From Saccostrea echinata (lineage: Eukaryota), in assembly GCF_033153115.1 (NCBI RefSeq), contig NW_026889778.1:23250001-23314000 (forward strand): DNA of 64,000 nt, given 5' to 3'. Made by a program: the position numbers and the translations under genes. Below the pieces are notes generated by a model, which worked only from the letters and a program-made list of their open reading frames with translations, was not told the DNA's origin and ran no database searches. Positions 52,194 through 64,000 of the stretch are shown piece by piece (the first letter of the stretch is position 1; each line of letters begins with the position of its first letter).

Positions 52194-53645
52194 TACTAAT
52201 GGAAAGATAGTGTCTCTTTATGATAAATATTACATTTGTATATCAAACTTATTGGTTTATATCATTGTCTTAATTTCTCTTAATATATCTATCAAAGTAT
52301 TGCATTAAATGTCGTCATTCATAAAAAAATTCTTAAGTTGAAGAAAAGAAATTCTTTAACTGTTTTTTTTATTATGTTGTAATAGATAATGTGATAAAAA
52401 TAGCTTTATTAGAAATCATGCACAATTTTTTTTCTGTTACTATCTTTACCTTTAAATGTTGTTTTAAGACAGAGAAAACACTACAGTGTCCAAGTACCAC
52501 AAATAATTGTATTTGTCTTTTAAAAATTAAGATCATTTCTCCATTGAGGCAATTGAAGCATGTTCGTTTAGGCTTGTGTCTTTGTGGTTGATTAGCCAAG
52601 AACTGTCTCTACGCCTAGAATCAATTTCAGAACACCCCAAAAAGGTCGTTATTTCATTTGCTTTCCTGACAACAAACGAATTATACTAGACATTTTGAAT
52701 ATTCAAAACCAACCTATTGTTAATGGTTTGTTTTTATCATAAGTCAAATGTTTAATTATAACTGTAATGAATTCAAACATGGCTAACACTATCTCTACTG
52801 AACAATATAAAGAAGAAAAAATATCATAACATGTGGAGTAGGATGCATTAATCTGATATTTTCTACACCAGTGAATTAATTTTTTGAAATTTGTATTTGA
52901 AAATAAAAATTATTTTACATTAAGCATTAAATTCCATCTTTATTGAGGATTTGTTCCCAAGAAATTCGTAAAAATAAGATCTCAAGCTTCCATAGCCTAC
53001 TTTTTCTGATTCGAAATTTTTGCACCAGCATATAGACCAATACAGATGCCTTACTATACAAAATCAAAATTAAAATGTTTATTCATGTATCATGATACGT
53101 TAAAGATTGGCTTAACACCCATTTAATTAAGCAATTCTGCTTCAATTTCAAATCAAGCCTATTGCTAAGGTCAACTAGATTTAGTACTTATGTAATGTTA
53201 CTTTACTGTTTCCAAAGACTTGGACATGGAACATATGGACTAAAATACCAGGTTGTATCTCTAGAGTAGATTGGTTATTCTTAACATACTTAATCCTTAA
53301 CACTTTTTGCAGCTAATGAATTCATTGAATAATCGATCATTTACCCAATATATTCTTTATCACATTTTACAAAACCTGATCTGCTGTTGATCAATTTCTT
53401 TGATGGTCTAGTTTTTAAAAATAATATTGATGTACTTTATTGTAAACATTGGCTTTTTAAAGAAACACAGGTTTATTAGATTATCTACAGAGACATTTTT
53501 GTTCTGAATTCAGTTAAGAAAAAATCAGTTTTGTCCGAATGAGTATGAACATATTTCATTTTCTCTACACAAATTGAATTCTTACTTCAGAAAAGATAAT
53601 TTTCTGTCAATCAAATATGAATTGTGCACTTTCCAAAATATTTTG

Positions 53646-53860
53646 AATGAAATATGGAGATAACGAACAATATTCAAACTCAAAAGTCTATTCAAACAAT
53701 ACAAATCATGAGCAGAGCAAACACGGATCTCCAAAACATCAGAGGTGGGATCAGGTGTCATGGTGGAGTGAGCATCCCCTGCCGACCGGTCACACCCGCC
53801 GTGTGCTCCTTGTCATGATCGGGAAAAAACGGAAAAATCCGTAGACAATTCAATGTGTAC
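53646..53860 (-). mobile_element. Penelope-like 3' module only
   Basis: Close match to 46515-46690. Confidence 0.8.
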
Positions 53861-55644
53861 ATTTAAGAAATAATGGGTTACAAAAACATAAAGGAAGGCA
53901 AGCAATTCGAGCATTTTGAAATATAAGTAAATAGAATTTTTATAAGCAATTGCGTTATCTAATCATAGTTAAAAACAAAACTAGGTAACCTGGAAGAAAA
54001 TTACGATCATTGATGCTTATTATTTACAAAAGTGAAGTTTTCCGAGACAGCTCTAAACATATCAATGAGATTATTCTCCAGACATCTGAAGATGGATGAT
54101 ATAAAAATTACTGTGTACGGTGAAATAACACTTGTCATACATTGTAGATGATTCATATCTTGTTCTAAAGTAATATAAAATGTTTTATCCTACTTTTTCA
54201 ATAAAGTTTTAAACTTAGTGCTCTCTTGACTGAACAAAATACCTATTGTTTCCGCAAAAACATTCATCACCAATCAATCTTATATGAGAAATATTGAATG
54301 TAAAGTGTTTGTGTATTTTCATTTTAGGTTATCGAACAAATTATATACAGAATATGGTCACATAATTGTACATAATTATTAATTTTTCACCAAATTTTGA
54401 ATACAATAATTTACACCACACGTTCATTTTGATAACAAGAACTTTTCCACCAACATTTTAATATCAAAGTAGTTTCCTTGACAATGCCCGTTATGACATT
54501 GCTGAGGAATTCCATTACATTTAAAAGAAAACCAAAAGGTGCACAATAAAAGAATAGTAGGGCCTCTTACTAGTATTGCTATCGTTTGAGGTTTCTTCGT
54601 TCAAGTTTCGCCTTTTTTACATTTCATTTTTATTAGGAAATAACCGCGTGCAACATTTGATTACGTGCTTTGACGACTTCACAAATATAAATTACATCTA
54701 ATATATATTGTTTTCATATAAAATACGTGGAAATCATCTACAGAATTTTCCTTTTCTGCTAATTTTGTACTTATTTTATAATTATGAATACTTCTCTATC
54801 TTTTTAAAATCTGATTTACACAATTTTAGTATTTAAACTTCAGTATTTTGAGAGTGCATCTATTTCACTGGATATGCCGGAGACATATATATCAGACTGC
54901 TATGTTTCTTCATCAGACTGATTTAACTTCTGACATAAAACATATATGGCTACCTATTCTCAAATAACCGAAGATTTTGAATGAAAATTTTAAGACTACG
55001 CATTAATTGAAATTGGGAGTCTTTTTTATTAAGTACAAATATAGACTTAATTATAAATTAAAGTATTAATAATATTTATCAACAAGCTTTAAAAATTCAA
55101 TCGTCTTTGCAAGATTTTATATTAATTTTATTACCACTCTTATTTATAGACTTTCTCTTTTTGGAAACACATTCGTTGTTTTTATATTTTATTAAAATAT
55201 AATTATTTTCATTATGCTATGCAACTAGTGACGAATTCATCTTAAAATTAATTTCATTTCTTTAAATTCATTTTTAAGTTTTTACATTAAGATTTGTAGA
55301 TGTGCACTGAATATATGAAAAAAAAATCATCAACTTGTTTTCTTTATAGATCATTTCCGTATGCATTTACAAATAACAATGACATTAAAATTTTCTTCTA
55401 AAGAAATATAAAAAAAGATAGTTAAATGCAATTATGGTTTGAAAAAACTGCAACTAACAATTAATTATTAATTAGATTTTAATATTAAATTATCTATGTG
55501 GACGACCTTTCCAAAATGAAAACCTTTTCCAATATCAGGATAATTAGTTCCTTTTATTACGTTTAAAATTGTTTTAATTAACTTGCATTGCAATATACAC
55601 GGTGCTCGGAAAAAGTTGGTGATGTTTAGTCTAAAGCTATTTTT

Positions 55645-55790
55645 GAACGGAAGCATGTCTATCATTGGTTAAATGTAGGCTTATCTCCGCCCTCTGTGAG
55701 AGTTTATGATTTGATGACATTACGGAAGTCAACTTTGAATTCAAACGCTAGCGGTATAAATAATGCAGTTATGAATTTTGAATCAGTATT
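55645..55790 (+). promoter_or_regulatory. Candidate promoter upstream of CLCA
   Basis: CGGAAG (55648), ATTGG (55664), CCGCCC (55687), CGGAAGT (55723), TATAAA (55755) and Inr-like TCAGT (55783) about 30 bp after the TATA. Motif inference only. Confidence 0.4.
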
Positions 55791-56250
55791 TAATGTTCTT
55801 TCATTTCACGCATTATCTATCAAACTCCTTTTAGTGTTGACAACTTGCAAATGAATGAAATTTAGGTCAAAAAAAATTAGCAGGTGTGTTTTGTGTTTTA
55901 ATTTTACAGAAAGATGTGTTGTGCATGGTATTAGGACTTCATGCTGAATTATTTCTTAAGTTTGTCAACGTTTCACAAAAAATTTTAAATATTTGGATTT
56001 GAAAACAAAGACGATTTAAAGGCCAGTGCTCCGAACACTTTTACTGAGAAACCTTTCTCACGATTATCAGCGTCCAGATCTGTTATCAAACCACATTTAT
56101 TCGGTGCTTTCTTTCATCATTCCGTGCCAATGGTCACGAAAATTGCATTCACGAATCTCTTCATTAAACGGATGGAGAATTAAAATATAATCTGTCTAAG
56201 CAAAAGGACGATACACCTAAATCAAAACACCCTGTATTCTGCCATTAAAA

Positions 56251-59200
56251 ATGGAATTCTTTCCATCAATTCTGCTTTTGAATGTGCTTGGATATATGTC
56301 TTGTTTTCTCCAATCAAAGAGGATCCAACTAGATGGAAATGGTTACACTGGTGTGACTGTAGCAATATCTAGTAAACTGGACCCTACTGAAATTCATATA
56401 CAGAGACTAAAGGTGAGCTAAAAAAATCTTTTGATGCAAAGGCTATTGCATGTATTTCGTGCTCATTTCTGCATTTTCTATGTAGAGATAAAAAATGATA
56501 TTTGTACGGTTTGCATTGTATTAATACACCAATATCAATTGCGTATTATATGCATTTAGAAACTTTTACTTAAAAAATCGCCTCCTCGTGGAATTATTAT
56601 TTTTCATAATCACAACCTTGCTGATTGCATAAAGAGAGTACATATGAATTTCGTAAGATTAATTTTCTTCGTTAAAATCGAAATATTTCTTTGGACGACT
56701 TACAATGGGAAAGGACGTCTCGATGTCTTTATTGTTAAAGACCAAAGTTAAATAGACTTTATAGTTCAATTAAATAATTTGTTTTCAGAATTGAAGTTTA
56801 TTGTCCATTTTAATCCTTTCCTCTAAATAATCCTCTGTGTAAAATATTTTGTAAGGAAATATAATGGTAGAATGTCAAAAATATTATGATTATTTTGATT
56901 TCATCTGTGAGACTTAAGCAAATAAAAGAAAATGTCTAAACAACTATTTTGAACAAATATCTCAAAGTCAAATAAAAGAGATTTGCATAATATAGCCTGA
57001 AAAAATTGCGCAATAAATCAAAATTTGAAAGAAGATAAAGTGATTGATTTATCACTTCAAGAATGAATTATTTCAAACGACAAAATGACAATTGCAAATT
57101 CCCATCTGTTAAAGAGAAATGGCTTTAGCAAAGTGCATCGCGTTGTTATACATACTTTTATCATTCATTACTTTTAAAGTTTCAAAGATACTACAAATTA
57201 GTTTTATAGCAAAAAATTAGGAATAAAATGTTTTTCTAACAATATTTTAGCTGTAAAAATTAGGATTCATTTTTAAAAGGTTCCTAAATGTGGAATTAAT
57301 CTGCCCAATTTGTTGAAAGTAACATCATGCATGCATCATTAATAATAGCGTTGAGATTAAATAACATCTACATGTATTATATTAACAATCATGGCTTGGC
57401 CATGAAAATTAATGAATTTACATTTGTTTCAAAGAATTCTAAAGGAAATTACAGTGACACATTTTCAGAAATACAATTTATACATTGTAACAACTACATG
57501 TAAATGCCGACTTCATGTTGATTTTAAAAATTAATTTACTCCGTCTTGTCCTCGTTACTAGTAAATGCATTGTTTGTTTCCATTTTGTAGAATAAGAAAT
57601 TCTCACCTGTGCTTGTTTATACCTTTGACAAATGATTTCACACTTCACCTGTTCATGTCATACAATTTTATAGATCTAATCTCTTAAGCCTATCATATCA
57701 CAGTTGTATCTGTCGGAAAATAAGAGTGTCATACTTAATCATTTCCTCGGGCAAAGTGCAAAATTAACATTCTAAACCTAATTGCACTAATTTGTTCCTG
57801 AGAGTACAATATACATCAGATGTAATTGTCAAACATCGTGCTACTGCTCTTTCGGTGTAGAGAGTGTCTTATGTTCGAGTAGATTGACGTTTAATATGGT
57901 GCTTAATTTTGCACAAGTGAACCTTATTCTACTCATGATAACTTTGCTAATGTATATAAGAACTGAGTTACATGTACATGTAAGTGAAAATTACATACTG
58001 GTTATCAGCGTAAGTGTTTAATCTAAAAAGAAATCTAGGACCATCATTTAGCAAATGACTGTAAAATCTGCAGTAAATAGAATAAGATAATAAATGTCTG
58101 TCGAGTATAGTATATATTTGTTCTTGTGCGTGTCTCTTTGACATTTCTTCTCCATTCAAAGAAATAAATTAAGTTATTTAGATAATCTGTACATTTTCAT
58201 AATATCATTTTGCAGAACTTACTCACGGCTGCCTCTGCCCAGTTGTACAAGACAACAAAATACCACCTATATTTTAAAGATGTCACCATAGTTATACCGA
58301 AGTCATGGCCGAATAATTTCAGCAAAGAATTTGTAAGTGGACCACAACTTGATACGGCCCACATTATTGTGGACAAACCCAATCCACTGGTGGACAACAA
58401 GCCATACGTTTCTGGAATGACCGGGTGTGGGCATCCTGGAAAATACATATATTTAGAACCTATCACAGTACAAGTTCATCCGGCAGAGGGACTTGCAGGT
58501 GCATGATATATCTTTTTTATTAAGGAAAGCAATAAAAATAAATGTTGATGAACATGTTCTGTAACGGTTTTACTATGCACTTGTGCTATGATAAAATTCA
58601 TACGGTTGTAAATATGAAACACCTATTACTGTCACGGACTGAGAAATGCCACATACAAATCATACGCTTAAAAATCTTAAATACATTTTCAGTGTGCTGA
58701 TTTTCTCCTTTTTTTTTCATAGATAAGATACTGGTTCATCACTGGGGCCATTTCAGGTGGGGGTTATTTGACGAACATGGCGATAAGGAAGCACCCATCA
58801 TGGGAACAAATACAAACCCTTGGTTTTACTCTACTGAGGGGACATTCAAACCCAATATGTAAGTTTAAATTTTACTACAATAAAAAATCTTTAACAGCAA
58901 AGCCTTATATGTTTGACATGTTTGTTTCTTTTTAAACAGGCAGAATACTCACCTTACATCATGCTTTTTATGAGCTTTTTGTTCCGTGATTTTAAAGATA
59001 TAATTATTATTTTTTAATTAAACTACGACAAAAAAGATTTACACTACAAATATGGAAGCAGGCCATGACCTTATTTTTTCTGTATGTTGTATGAATAATG
59101 TCGAAATAAAATTAATGATCTGTAATATCTTACATCAGAATCGGTGTAATTCTTCAGATGTGCTAAAAATATCAAGGGTCAAAACCACCTAAAATACTGC

Positions 59201-62200
59201 CAGAGCTTCAGACAGTGTCTTCTGGACGATAATGGTTTGCCAGAAAAGGATTGTAAATTCTGTGTCGACGAACGGGATAATACTGCAAAAGGCTCTATCA
59301 TGGGGAAACCGGAGATATCTAGTGTTGGTATATATAAGAAATCTTTGTTTAATGATAGAAATATTCAATCAAACTTGACAATGTAAGAGCATCTTATTAT
59401 AACGCTCCTGTGATGAGTACTAAATAGTCGTTCATTGGTGATTTACTTAAAATATAAAAATTAAAACTGGATAAATTCATCCAATATCTTATAAACATGA
59501 TCATATATGAACCCTATATCACTATTTCTAAGCATAGTATCTAAACATGCATAATTAACACTCTAAGTGTATATATATATCTTTTTTTTTATTTAAAGCA
59601 TTAAGCATTTGTTGTATTTTATTGTAACATATCAAATGGTGTACCTTTTTCATTTGTATTCAAGGTGGTTGAATTTTGTGACGATGAAAATAGTGATGTT
59701 CCACACAACAGAGAGGCGGACACTCCTCATAACAGATTCTGTCAAGGAAGAAGTGCCTGGGAAATAATGAGACTTCATTCTGACTTCAAAGGTCAGTTTA
59801 TTTATTGATTTAACATTACATATATTTTTAGGGAAATCCAGACCCAAAAATTTTTAACTATGCAAGCATTTTCATCAACATATGTTTTGCATATTAGCCT
59901 TAATTTTTCTTTAGCAATTTTGTTTGTATGTAGATACAAAACCAGGGCCTCCATCACAGAACACAGTGCCAACATTCAGAGTTGTTCAACAGCGGACGGG
60001 TCAGAAAGTTGTTTTAGTATTGGACAAGTCCGGAAGTATGAACAGTTACGATGTAAGTTCCGGAACCAATTTGTTCAATACCAATAACGGTCTACATCTA
60101 TAAGACAATAAATGATAGAACAAGTGTTTTATTTTTATTAAAGTTTTTTGCATAATTGTAAAAAGTTGACTGGCTTTATGCTTCATGATATTCATACTTC
60201 CTCTAGGACAGTAAAACAACAAACCCTTTGCGAAAGGTATTACAATACCTATGAATATTACTTCCTCTCTGTCTCTATTCCAATATCTCAGTTATATTCC
60301 ATAATAAAACTCACAAATCTCAATTTCTGTCTTCACTTTTAATATTTGATCAAGCATCATTGTACTACTATTCCTAACTCTTTTAAATCATTCTTACCAA
60401 TAATTGCAGTGTATAATTAGAAGTAATGTTGAATGTTTGAAACGCTTAATTAGTATATTAACCACGATTTTTGCATATCGAAGGAATTTAAAATACTTTA
60501 CAAATACTTGTCTACTTACATATATTTAAGCTTAGAAGATATATGTTTACTAGACTAACTTTCCCTTGTTAACAAAATCGCATGCATAGCACTTATCTGT
60601 ATTATATATCAATAATCGCTCAGTCTTACTTTACCGGTACCGTTTTTAATTTTACATTTTTTTCTGCAAAAGAAAATTGTAGTGAGATAATGAGAGCTCC
60701 TAATAAATCATTTAAAAATTATGATTGAAAACAATATCAAGTTTCATCAAAATATTTTTTATCTTTTTAAAGCAGAGAATAAACAAATTGAAGGATATAT
60801 CATCCAATTATATCAGAAACTGGTCACCAAATGCTACATCCATTGCCGTGGTAACATTTAACGAAACTGCCAGTGTGGTGGCTCCATTAACTACTGTGAC
60901 GTCAGAACAAGAGAGACAAAGCTTAGTGACGTTGGTGAAGAACATCAAAGCTCTTGGTGCAACTTCTATTGGAGCTGGTCTACAAAAAGCATTAAAGGTA
61001 TATTGAGTAGATTTAGTATCAATTCGAGGCTAGGGAAATGACTATAAATTATTTCTATGAAGAACAAAGTGTAACAAGATTGGAAGAATTGATTTAAGTA
61101 ATAACAAGATGAAGATGAAAAATCATGACATTGTTTATTGTTTTGCAGTTATTAAAAGAAGATAGTGACAACATTACGGGAAGCGAAATAATTTTGGTAT
61201 CTGATGGCGCCAATACAGTTCTTCCTGGACCGGATGAAGTTAGAGGGGAAATTCTAGTCGAAGGTGTAATCATCAGATCTGTGGCTATTGGGAGGGAGGC
61301 GGATGCAAAAATTGATAAACTAGCAAAGGACAGTGGCGGATTTAGCTTCTTTTACTCCGGAAATGAGCGGTCTACAGCTCTTGCAGATATTTTTCTTGGC
61401 ATCGCTGCTTCTTCTTCTGATGAAGAAGGGAAGATGTATCAAGTAAGTGGGCCGTAATAATAATGCATAAGCAAAGTATGACAGGTGAAAATTGGAAAGT
61501 AATTGGCATTAAAACATATTGGCTAGAAGTCTGAGGATTTTTAATAAGTTTCTCTGCTTGAAGAATTCTTTTGCCCATCAGATCTGTTCAAATAAAGAGC
61601 CATTCTTCCTTTCATAGGATATAAAGTAGGAAAAGTTTAAATTTAATAATAAATACACGGAAGACTTATTCAAAATTATTTTCTAAAGAATCACTTGGCA
61701 AAAAGAGTCAAAACTTTATTATATTAAGGTTTCTTCATAGATTGTAAGTTCAAGTTTGTTAAAATCTGGAGCTTTGACGGGGTCACCATAGGTGTCACCC
61801 CTTGGCATAAAAATATCAGAGGAAAAATCTCTCACATGCCAGTAAGTGGAAATGACAAGAATATCATCCCAATATAGTGGTGTTTTTCAAATTTGTTCAA
61901 ATCACTGCATTATCATAAACGGAAAAATATCTTTATTTTTTTTCCAAAAAGTTCTTCTAAAGACTAACTGGACTACAATAAGTCAAATGCAAGCATCCCC
62001 TCATAGTGTGGATTCAAGTTCGTTCAAATCATAGCCGCTTAGAATAGGATGCTGCCTCAAATGGGGGTCAACGTTTTATATAGGAATGTATATGAGGATG
62101 ATCTTTTTTTCTTTTGTACATGGTCCAACAATGACCATGCATATTATGATGTAAACATCTCCAGGTAGTAAAGATTCAATTTTAAACAGATCTAGGATCC

Positions 62201-64000
62201 CATGACTTGAATTGGGGAACAATAAGACATCATATATCACATAGTATATATTTGAAGAAAAAGTTGAAAATGTCTCCTTAAAACATTGTCACAATTTGTC
62301 ATACAATAATATGAAAGTATTCCAGTATAGTGCAGATTCCTGTTTGTTCAAATCATGATCCCTGGATCCAGTGCTTTTCATATTTTCTTAGTCTTCTGCA
62401 GTGATCAATAAAGTTTTCTTGAATCAAATGGTTTTCCTTAAATATTTTTTTTTCATGCAACAATAATTTGATATTTTGCCATTTATTCACCATTTAGCTA
62501 GAGAGCAAATCAGTGAATGTGACCAAAGAGCAGAATTTCACCACATCGATAACAATTGACTCTACCATTGGACGGGACACCACTATCCTGCTAATGGGGC
62601 CAGGGATTGATTTCACTGTTGCAACATTATCAGGTCCTGGGAATAGTTTCCTTACTTCTGGTGCCTGTACAGATTCGTGTAGCTTAAAGATTGAAGGAAT
62701 AGCAGAGGTAACCTATAACAAAATATTTTGTCTGTTATATAGTACACTGCTACAAACAGCTTGATAATTCTAATATAAATCATATGTTTTTATTTGTTTT
62801 AGATAGGTGATTACGTAATTGAAATTTCGTCATCATTTGACGTCATTCTGACACTGACGGCACATTCCTATCCTAGGAATCCTTCTGAAGATGTTTTCAC
62901 TGCCACTGCTTGGACATCGACAGACTCATTCGACTTTTCACCATCTTCCCCGATTGTACTTTATGCTTTAGTTCAGAAAGGAACATACCCTGTCTTCGAT
63001 GCTGATGTCAAAATATTTGCAGAGGATGAAAATGGTCACGTGATCAATGTAGACCTAGCTGATGATGGTCTAGGTGAGAGAAGACATCTTGTCGTCATTA
63101 CTTTGTTCTACAGAACTTATATTTATAGGGCTTTCTTATCGGTTTCGCGACGGAAGTCCTGAAAATAATGTCTGTGTTTATTTTGTAGGTATGGATTTAA
63201 TTAAGGGGGATGGTCAATATACAGGATTGATATTGCCTTCTCGAATCAAATCGAGTGGACGACACAGTCTCAAACTTGTAGTGACTGGCAAAGATGGTGA
63301 AACAAAAATTCTGCTACCTGAACTGAAAAGGCGAAAAAGGCAAATACAGGATGAAATTGGTATATAAACCATTCTATGGAATTTTATTGAACGTATCTTT
63401 ATAATTTTAGCCTATTACAAATGTTTATCATGCACTTATAAAATATTCAGACATAATATATTTCTACTCAATACAGATGTGTCCTTCCGCGACGCGACAT
63501 ATAACCCTTCAATTGAAAAAAAAAATACCAACTTGTCCTTCTTTATTAAATTACAGATTGGTTCCTCTTGGGAAATTAGAGCAGGTTTAAAACTTTAATG
63601 ATTTTTCTCCCTTTTTCAGCAACCTCTAATCTCAAAACAGAGAACGTGGGTGGATTTAAGAGGGTTGCAGCTGGAGGGACATTTACTGTTCAGAATTACA
63701 AACCTGTAACAGAGGATAGGATGCCACCAGCCAGGATTACGACCCTCAGACTTATAAGCGCCGAGAGTAATTCTTTCAATGTAAGCTGGAATGCCGTGGG
63801 TGATGATTTCACCATTGGAAATGGTAAGAAATATTTATTTTAGGTAAAAAATGTTAATAATTAGCGATAAGTTACATACTTCTCAATTATTTAACATACG
63901 GATGGGTTTTATCATTGTACAGTAATTCTTAAAGAATAATTATGATTATTGTGTTTGAACGTGTTTTTATTTCTTTTCCAGCATCATCCTACAAGATTTT
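56251..64000 (+). CDS. CLCA: Calcium-activated chloride channel regulator (CLCA family), 3'-incomplete
   Basis: Exons 56251-56412, 58216-58498, 58723-58858, 59158-59323, 59665-59791, 59934-60052, 60776(or 60773)-60997, 61149-61442, 62498-62707, 62803-63073, 63189-63359, 63620-63823, 63982-end; all GT-AG and phase-compatible. Signal peptide, GNGYTGVTVAI, GCGHPGKYIYL, HHWGHFRWGLFDE, VVEFC..HN..C.GRSAW, VWA with DKSGS, DDGLGMD..GDGQY, FnIII-like SWNAVGDD. Confidence 0.95.
61545..62370 (+). mobile_element. Decayed Helentron-type core repeats in CLCA intron 8
   Basis: Repeated GATTCAAGTT.GTTCAAATCA and GCAAGCATCC motifs as in 1835-2723. Confidence 0.6.

Noticed and set aside
23540-53860. All five Penelope-like copies in the same orientation
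   Set aside because: Five copies agree by chance 1 time in 16; too weak to call targeting.

Overview
AT-rich, intron-containing animal DNA. The repeat landscape (Helentron-type non-autonomous elements, tRNA-derived SINEs with (AATC)n tails, Penelope-like fragments, many MITEs) suggests a bivalve, probably an oyster (inference). Most ORFs in the supplied track are spurious; genes were rebuilt by hand from GT-AG splice sites with phase checks. Genes: a probable terminal exon of an unidentified + strand gene (9424-9519); complete SENP8/NEDP1 (- strand, 6 exons, 220 aa); a short Cys-rich caveolin (- strand, 2 coding exons, 131 aa) head-to-head with FAM185A (+ strand, 7 exons, 402 aa); and the first 13 exons of a CLCA gene (+ strand, from 56251 off the window end). 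Main observations: (1) the CLCA has HHWGH in place of the catalytic HEXXH but carries a furin-type KRRKR site near where CLCAs normally self-cleave; (2) a TTAA-flanked foldback transposon carries about ten RFX X-box-like palindromes at about 175-bp spacing; (3) a satellite inside a Helentron-type element shifts between 146-bp and 128-bp units and has a trimeric higher-order repeat; (4) a tandem duplication creates a decoy splice acceptor in caveolin; (5) an inverted pair of 1.05-kb mariner derivatives; (6) a three-copy block with exon-like signals upstream of CLCA.
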